Shown in pieces: positions 56,277 through 64,000 of a DNA stretch of 64,000 nt. Source of the DNA: Azolla caroliniana (taxonomy: Eukaryota > Plantae > Polypodiophyta); contig JBHGNT010000003.1 of assembly GCA_043228905.1 (NCBI GenBank), positions 14,322,001 through 14,386,000 on the forward strand, in the 5' to 3' direction. The notes under the pieces were generated by a model that saw only the letters and a list, made by a program, of their open reading frames with translations, was not told where the DNA came from and made no database searches. Numbering within the stretch: the stretch's first letter is position 1; each line of letters opens with the position of its first letter. A program made the position numbers and the translations under genes.

Positions 56277-59200
56277 TGTTACTCCTAAGGGCCAGACAAT
56301 AGCCTAACATAGGGTGTCTACGGAAGACACTTCACCAAAGGGTGTTACGGTGAGATAGAGTTAGACCGACGATTAATCAGACCTATATCGGCTACTTAAG
56401 CAACATATCATGAATCTTAATACACGCGTAAGATAGAAAGTAATTAGCACAGAACGGTAATCAATACACAGAGATAAGACAATAGAGCTTTATTAATTAT
56501 CCATCCCTTTTTACAATGTAACTGGGCCTTTTTATAGATCACCGGCTCTGCATACAAAACGGTGCCAACCGGCACACTGAAATGAACCGGTCCGGATCCG
56601 GATCGGCATATCGATTCCGGTCCATCCGTTCACTTCTCAAAATATACTTAATTACTAATTACTCTAATAACAGCTTCCGATAATTCCTGCCCTTTCACCT
56701 TCTGGACTGTCCTCCACTCCTTGCCGGCTGGCTAACACATGGCACGCCCGTGGGACAGTACCTTGTACGTTGAATCCCACTATCCGGCCTTCAATCATCA
56801 TCCAAAATGTCCAGAATGCTTTGATCGAGGGGCTCTAAGGGTTCTTCGGAAAGCTCATCGGACTGTTGTTGTTGTTGTTGTTGTTGTTGTTGCTCCGTTG
56901 GCTGTGGCCATTGGTCCGACTGCTGCTCCATTGCCTGTTGTTGTTGCTCTTGCTGCTACGCGATCTCTAGCTCTTCTGGGCGTTGCTCCTGCTGTTGCGC
57001 GGTCTTCGGCTATTTTGGGCGTGGCTCCTCCGATAGCTGTTGTCCGGCTCCCGGTGCTGGCGGTTGTTGCGGATATTCCTCCCTTGGCTCCTCCTCCTGA
57101 GTTAAATCCGGTTGGCTTGTCCCAGCCTTGCCTCTGTCCGTCCTTTGCTCTGACGATGGCTCTTCATCACTGAGATTGATTGTTGCCGCACTCTTCGTCG
57201 CCTCTTGCCATAGCCTCTCCTTTTCGTTACTTTCAAACCGGATTTGGTTATCTAGCCGATCATCGTCCAGTTGTGCTACTAGTTGCCGGACCACTACTAT
57301 CTGTTCATCAGCCAACACTACGAAGTCATCTGCCAATTCATCTTTCACGGTAGCAAAGTCTTCATTTTCCATCTTATAGAACTCATCTCCTTCCCTTTGC
57401 CGGTTTTCTGCGTCCGCCCTCAGCAACTGTAGCTCGGTAGTATGCTTCGCCCATTTTGACAACCATAATACTGAGCCGTCTTCAATCAATCGCTTCGTTC
57501 GATTCTTCCATGCTTGTACAATGCACCGGATCCGCTCGAGCCCCATCTTTGATTTGTCTTCTGCGGCCTGTCGTTCATCTTTCAACTGTTTGATCAGGTT
57601 CGCAGTTACCACCTCCTAGTCCTTGTAGCGCACCAGTTGATTCTGATAAGTTGTCCGCACTCTGTGTAAGACCATGGTGGCACGTTCCGTTTCCGCATGA
57701 TGTTGCATTTGGAGTTCCAGGCGTTCTTGCGCTGCTTCAGCTCGTATGGTTTCCTTCTCAGCCCGTTCTTCCGCTAGTGCCGTCTCCCCCCTGTTGCACT
57801 TCGTTCCGGAGCTCGAACATCTTCTCCTGTTACTGGTCGCTGTCGGTGATGAGCTTCTTGTATTCCGTCTCGATATGTTTATAATCCCGATGCAAGCGGT
57901 CAAAATCGTTTGTTTTCTGCTTCAACTTCTGATTGATTTGGCGGTGAGCTCGGTCTTCCCTATCCTTTTGCTGCCAAAGCTCTTCTTTGAGCCTCTCTAT
58001 CTCTGTTTCTGCCATCCTTCGGAGTTTATCCTTCTCTTGCAGCAATTTTTCTTTCTCTTCCTTAAGCCGGTCATAGGCTTGCTGTCCCTTTTTGTAGGCT
58101 TTCTTCTACTCGGTGGAGGTTGTCAGCAGTCTTCTGTTGTTCCTCCTCCTCCGCCAATTTTAATTCTCTTTCCCTGACCCGTAATGCTTCATGTGCGGCC
58201 AAGTCTTCTTTGAGAATGGCAAGCTCTTGGGCTTGCGTTGTAATTGTTTCCGGGATTGTTTCTATCACCCGGTTCGTATGATTATGTACAATTGTCGGCG
58301 TTACGTTATTTTGTACATGTACCGGAGGCACCGGTTCTTGTTCTTGGGGTCCTGTTATGACCATCTTAGCCAATTCTTGTTCCAAGCTCCGGATCCTTGA
58401 ACGGGCCGGGCCTCTCTAGTTCTCCGGTTGTGGCTAGCAACCGGTCCAATTGTGCTTTCTCTTCTGCCTCCATATAATGGACTACTCCGGCTATTTGCTC
58501 ACCGATCCACCGCAGCCATTGGCTTCCGGTGCCTTGTTGCTGTGTCCGTGCGGAGGTTTGGCCGATTTCTGCGCTTGCTAGTGGCTGATCTTGTCTGGTT
58601 ACATCGATTGGCAACTTTGGCTCCGGTTGGTTACCACTTGGCAGTTCCGGCTCTGGTTGTGCCTCAGTTGGCCATTCCGGCTCTAGTTGGTCCTAGTGTG
58701 CCGGTGGTGTAGACAACTGAATCACCGGATCCTGAATCACGGGTCTTGTTATATCCTGAGCCGCCGGCGTAGCTTGTTGCGTAAGGAATTTTGTGACCGG
58801 TTCTGTTGGAACCGGTTCCGATTCCACCCGTGGCTTTGGGCCCTCAGTGCGGGGTATCGACGTCCTATCCTTCCCTGGACCCGATTGCTCCCCTGCATGG
58901 TCTGCAATGCGCTTCTTCTAGCGCCGTTGGAGGTGCTCATTGGGCTCCTCCACCATTTCCTCCTCCTGAGTCCCAAGATTGATTTTCATTGCCAAGGGCT
59001 CTGGCTCCTTTTGACTTGGTTGGCACAACGTAATCTTTATTGGCCGTGCTAGTGTTTCATCCTACGTTTCCGCCTGGTTAGGCCGCTTTTTCGCCGTTTT
59101 TTCAGTGTCGGCCTCCTTCCCTTTGGTTGCCTTAGCAGCCAATACCTGTTGGCATTTTGAAGCCGTTTTGGGGGTTTCTTCGGTTGATCTCCCCCGCTTC

Positions 59201-60100
59201 TTCGCCGTGATGGGCTCCACTGGTGGTGCTAACAGTGTGAGCCATTGCGCCATCGCTGCCCATATTTTCCTGCCATCCTTCCCTCTTACCGAGTCGATGG
59301 CCGCGCGTAGTCCGTCGGGGATCAGCATCGACCAATCCACATGTATACCCTCATATGTGGCTATAATTAAACCGGCTCTGTTCCTAGGCATTGCCGAGGG
59401 TCGAGGGTACACATGGCCAAACTCGTGGAGTACACGAGCAATCTCTCGGAATAAGCCATCCTCGCCGCCCTGTGTGCGATATGCCTTGCTGGCCAGAGAG
59501 TACTCACCGAAGTATTTCGTGAGCTGCTCCGGGGTAGGGTTGTCGATGGTGAAGATGCTGCCTTCGGGTAGGCCTGTCAGGGCACGGATAACCTCCTCTG
59601 TGATTACTTCTGTGTCGATGTCTTTGACAACCTTTTCCACCTCCCTATGTGGTGGTGCCTCCATGATCCTCAAGAATCCTTCCAATCCGTGTTGCTTCAA
59701 CCACTTCTTGGCTGCCTCAGTGAGCGCCATGCAGTCCATTTCTCCTTCTGAGTCGGTGGTTGCTGGTGAGGTAGGTGTGTTAGTGGGCTCTGGGTGCTCG
59801 TGTCTGATTGTCTTTAATCTCCTGTGTGCGTTTGCAATTCTCTGTTCGTGAAATGAGAAGGCCTCCATGCGGTGGAGGTTTTCTTTCTGCATGTTGGCGC
59901 CTTTCTCGATTCCTGCACATGCGCACGTCGTGTACTATAAGAGCAATGAAGCGCCACGTGGAAGCGTTTTAATGCGCTATAAATAGCCCACTACGTTGCT
60001 TTTTAAAGTGCTCGTTCACTCCTTGTGATTGCATGTGGCCGTTTGCTCCTCGCCATCACATGATTTGGGTTTGATTGGATCTGATTCGATTTTCTTTTTC

Positions 60101-60143
<43 letters not shown>

Positions 60144-60818
60144 TAAGTTGATCTTGTTAATCCGTATCCGGCCCAAACGGACCCTTCTCCGGATTGTGGT
60201 CCCGTTCACTTGTTTCGTGGTTGTCGATTGCCTGACCGGTGTCCGGTTCGGTGTCAGCCTTTGTCTGCTCAAACGGGTTTCTTGGCATGGCTCCATAGTA
60301 TGGTTTGAGTCGAAACGCATTGACCCATTTACCCATAACTTCTTCGGCCAGTGTCCCTAGTTGGTAGGAACCGTTGAACTCTTGTGTAATCCAATATGGT
60401 CCGGTCCACCGGAACAGTAGCTTCCCCGACATCTTACCCATCCGAGTCTGGAAGACAAGTACCGGCTTGCCGATCTCGAACATTTTTTCGTTACCTTTCC
60501 GGTGTCGATCGACGAACGCTTTCCTTCTCCGTTGCTCCAGTTCCATGTGCATTAGGCTGGCTATTCGGTGTTCCTCTAGTTCACATAATGCTGCTAGCCG
60601 GAATGTTTCCGACTCCTTGTTTAGGTGTTCCTGAACCTGTAATCGAAAACTAGGAACCTGGAATTCGATCGGCATTACCGCTTCGAATCCGAATGCTAAT
60701 CGGAAAGGTGTTGTCCGGATACTTGTCTTATATGCTGTCCAGTAGGCCCAGAGTGCACTGTGCTGCTTTGTATCCCAATCCGTCCGGTTCTCATTGACGA
60801 TTTTTCGCAGGATGTTTT
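56277..60818 (-). mobile_element. 3' half of another dual-PBS gypsy relative: integrase end, extra ORF, second PBS 56740-56756, 3' LTR 56277-56737
   Basis: MPIEFQVPS...WTGPYW; MALTEAAKKWLKQHGLEG; LRADAENRQREGDEFYKME; LTR-ca-TGGCACGCCCGTGGGAC. Confidence 0.92.
60099..60143. repeat. (TTTA)n microsatellite, A-rich on the element strand after the pol stop
   Basis: About 11 ttta units. Confidence 0.9.
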
Positions 60819-63800
60819 TGTTACGGGCATGACCATATAATATCCCGTGGTGAGAATTTACCGTAGTATTCTATACACGTGGATAAGTGTGAGGGTTAAA
60901 CGAGAGTGTAAAGAAGGAGGATTACTTTTAAATCCTCGGGATTGAGACAACCCATTAGGCCAAGTGTGAACTTGCCTGGTGGCCTTGGGTATCGCTATAA
61001 ATAAGAGGCCTAGCTACCCTCATTGGATCATCTTTTTTACTACATCGAGACTCTGCTGGGTCAACTCTTGTAGCGAGCGCGCCAGCACTAGGTACGACTG
61101 GACGCCACGACGGTGGTATGGGACGCCGATCGAGGCTCGAGTCCGTCTCGATCCCTTCGCTCGGGGGTGGTCGGGTGGATTGGCACCCTTCTTTCTCTTT
61201 CTCCTTTCTATCTATCATTTGTTTATCCTTATCTTAAGCTTACTTTAGTGCCTAGATCTCTAATATTTGGTATCAGATTTATGTACTAATGTTTCTTTGT
61301 TTGTCTTTTGTCTTTTGATTGATGGTGATCAATCGATGTGCGGTCGGCCTTGATCCAGACAACGATCAACAAAGAACTTCGGCAACTCTTTCCGTAATAA
61401 TTTTTTTTCTTTCTATTCTCTCTTTTCCCATCTAATCATGTGTTTAGTTTATATGTCATTTCTTTTCATTAAGTCAATGATGTTGTAGTGGTCTTTAATT
61501 GATTATCTAAAACGTTGTGCACGAGGTCAATACCTCGTTTGACATATAAATAATATGTGATGAGTGTCGTATGCATACGAGGTTAATACCTCAATTACGT
61601 ATTACGTTCACGAACATATGTTACGTTTGCGTATGAATTTAATACCTTGATTTGTTGTAAAGGATATGCGTAAGAGGTCAATACCTCAATTGCGTATTAC
61701 GATGATCTCTTATTTGTGGATGTTTCGTGTGCGTAGAGGTATATACCTCGATTACGTATCTCGATCACATCATTTGTGGTTATTTAATATAACGATATGT
61801 TTAATATAGGCATATGTGGTCACGTATATACGTATTTGATCGTATATATGTGATAAGTAAACATATGTGTATATTCGTTATTACGTGATTATATCGAAAG
61901 TTGTCCTTGTCGGGAAAAGGATGTTGGTGGCCGTCCTCACATTTTTGTGAGAATGGCGTTGTCACCATCCCTTTTTCAACAATTTTTTTATTGTTGACAA
62001 CCCCATTGATGACCTCGATTTCATTACGTAAAGAAACGCCTATAGCCATAATGATGTTGAGTACGTAGGGCTTCACCCACTTCAAGTGAGGTCGCTCTAA
62101 TGACACATGTATCCAACATCCCTCCCTCGTTACATGGATACGATGCCACCATGAGCTCGTTCTTACGAGAGGCATTCGTAATGACGTGACCATGTGATGG
62201 GCCATGTGGGCCTACTACAAAATGAGGGCTCATTTGGCTTGACCATTAGGTTGCAATTTGGCGTATGCCATCGTAATTACGAGACTTGAGGTTAGGTAAC
62301 GTACCAACATAGTTTTGGTAAATGAGGGCGAAATAAGGACCCTTGACATATATGTTCTTTTAAAAAAAACATATATGATCAAATGCCTCGCATATCTCTT
62401 ATACGCATCAAACATTAAGCATTCGAGAAGAGCAACTTACTTGGTTGGCTTAAGTGTTTAATGTATTTGTTCTCGAGGTCTCGAGTTCAAATATGACCAA
62501 GACCATACAACATCCTTGATACATATGACTATAACACATGTTTAGACTTAAGGTCTAAGTGCACCTCGGGGTCCTCGTAATAGGACTTAAAGAGCTGAAA
62601 CCACATATGTGGGCACCGAAACATAGTTTATTGTTAACATTTTTTTCGTGTATAAACTATTCATGACGCGAACATACATGGTTGAGCCTCGGGGAGCCAC
62701 CATGAAAAAATAGATATAGAGATCAGGGAAAGACATTTATTTGTCACTCCCATGGTTTTTAAAACACCTTTGTGTTACCATAGTAACCTGATCTTGAACC
62801 TCATCTCATACGTCGAGAGGGGTATTGACGTGAGATACTGATATCGATTAATGCTCGCCCATGATAGGTTTACATCACGACATGATGTTATGACTATCTC
62901 TCTGACCTTATCCTATTTCTTTTCCAGAAATAATCTTTAATGGCTCAAATTAACGACCCGATGTCATCCGCTCAAGCGGAAGGAACTCAAGGGAATCCTC
63001 CTAGACAAATGTCCACTGAGATGTATTTGGCACAAATAACCCAATACCTTAGTTTCACTGCTCAACAGATGACCGAACTTCGGCAATCTCAGAGTGCTCT
63101 TGAGGCACGTGTCATTAGTCTACAACGTGAGACTAATAGACCTGATGAGCGACAAGGTGAACCATCATTTGTCGTTAAGCCATTTACGAGAGACCAAAAG
63201 GAAAGAACCGAAGAGGCAATCTGCACATGGTTGGGACGATGGGAGTCTCATTTTGAGCTCTATCCCACGCCAAATAGTACGAAGATTGCATATGTCGGCC
63301 GAGAACTCGGGGGTAAGGCCGCCGCCTGGTGGCGTGGGCTCCGTACTATGGGGAAATTGCCCGATACCTGGACAAATTTTGTCACGGTTTTTAAGGGCCA
63401 ATTTCTGCAACCTCCCTCTCGAACCGAGGCAACACAAGCTTTAATGAACCTCTCTAGCAGGAAATTTTCCTCACTAGAAGACTATGTTCACCATGCTAGA
63501 ACCCAAATCCAAAAATCGGGTCTAGAAGGGGACAATTGGTTGATAGCTTGTTTTGTCAATGGCATCCCCAATTCGGACTATCAGTGGATAGTGCACGATA
63601 AGGATCCAAAATCCTTCGAAGAGGCCGTTGAAATAGTTCTTTGCTATCAACGCACTTCGAAGAAGGACCACAACAAACCCAACGAAGCGCCCGGGACTAA
63701 GCAGTCGCAATTTGTTGGGAAACGCAAGACACCCAACAAATTCATGGATCGCGATTGTAAGCGACAATATCCTTTTTCGGTATTCTGCAAAAAGAAGGGT

Positions 63801-64000
63801 CATACAAAAGATCAATGTCGAAAGCTCCAACGGAAAGAGCACGACAACAAACCTAAAGCTGCAGACCATAAAGGTCAGATTCCTAATGTCCTTCAGGTCT
63901 ATACACATCATTTAAGTAATTGTCAATGTTCGTTCCCTCATTATGTATTGGGTCCCAATGATTTACTATGTGCAAACGGGTATATCAATGGATCTCCCGT
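60819..64000 (+). mobile_element. Met-primed Ty3/gypsy 5' part: LTR ~60819-61265, PBS 61268-61277, long AT-rich leader, gag
   Basis: TGTTA start interrupts the previous integrase; TATA ctataaata at ~60995; tggtatcaga PBS. Confidence 0.8.
62940..64000 (+). CDS. Gypsy Gag running into protease; open to the window end and absent from the ORF track
   Basis: Manual translation from ATG 62940 has no stop: ICTWLGRWESHFEL, ELGGKAAAWW, PDTWTNFVTVFKGQF, CFVNGI, SVFCKKKGHTKDQC, ending GYINGSP. Confidence 0.88.
   Translation, partial: MAQINDPMSSAQAEGTQGNPPRQMSTEMYLAQITQYLSFTAQQMTELRQSQSALEARVISLQRETNRPDERQGEPSFVVKPFTRDQKERTEEAICTWLGRWESHFELYPTPNSTKIAYVGRELGGKAAAWWRGLRTMGKLPDTWTNFVTVFKGQFLQPPSRTEATQALMNLSSRKFSSLEDYVHHARTQIQKSGLEGDNWLIACFVNGIPNSDYQWIVHDKDPKSFEEAVEIVLCYQRTSKKDHNKPNEAPGTKQSQFVGKRKTPNKFMDRDCKRQYPFSVFCKKKGHTKDQCRKLQRKEHDNKPKAADHKGQIPNVLQVYTHHLSNCQCSFPHYVLGPNDLLCANGYINGSP

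Noticed and set aside
62430-62500. SINE/tRNA-like segment (gaggtctcgagttcaaat) in the last gypsy leader
   Set aside because: The B box is imperfect, the A box poor, and there is no tail or TSD and only a single occurrence.

Overview
Repeat-dominated land-plant nuclear DNA, probably from a non-seed plant such as a fern, lycophyte or bryophyte (inferred from the retroelement lineages). One host gene, an 11-exon replication factor C subunit 3 (RFC3, yeast Rfc5 type; 29706-34387, 354 aa, one GC-AG intron), sits among deeply nested LTR retrotransposons. Two elements look very young: a Ty3/gypsy (6772-22409, minus strand, 372-bp LTRs identical by eye, TSD TGATT) and a Tork/Tnt1-like copia inserted in its protease (14149-19606, 672-bp LTRs identical by eye, TSD TATTG). 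The most striking observation is that this gypsy family has no polypurine tract. A tRNA-Arg-like primer site flanks each LTR in opposite orientation, and the second site is conserved in four diverged copies in the window, which suggests tRNA priming of both DNA strands. The family also carries a conserved ~970-aa extra ORF. Other points of note: Tf1-type self-priming and a conserved antisense tRNA-like A/B-box in chromovirus LTRs, a plastid 23S rRNA fragment inside an integrase, a tRNA-Trp-primed element, and a copia with an in-frame Pol extension. All alignments and identities were judged by eye, and tRNA/rRNA identities are recalled from memory; no searches were run.
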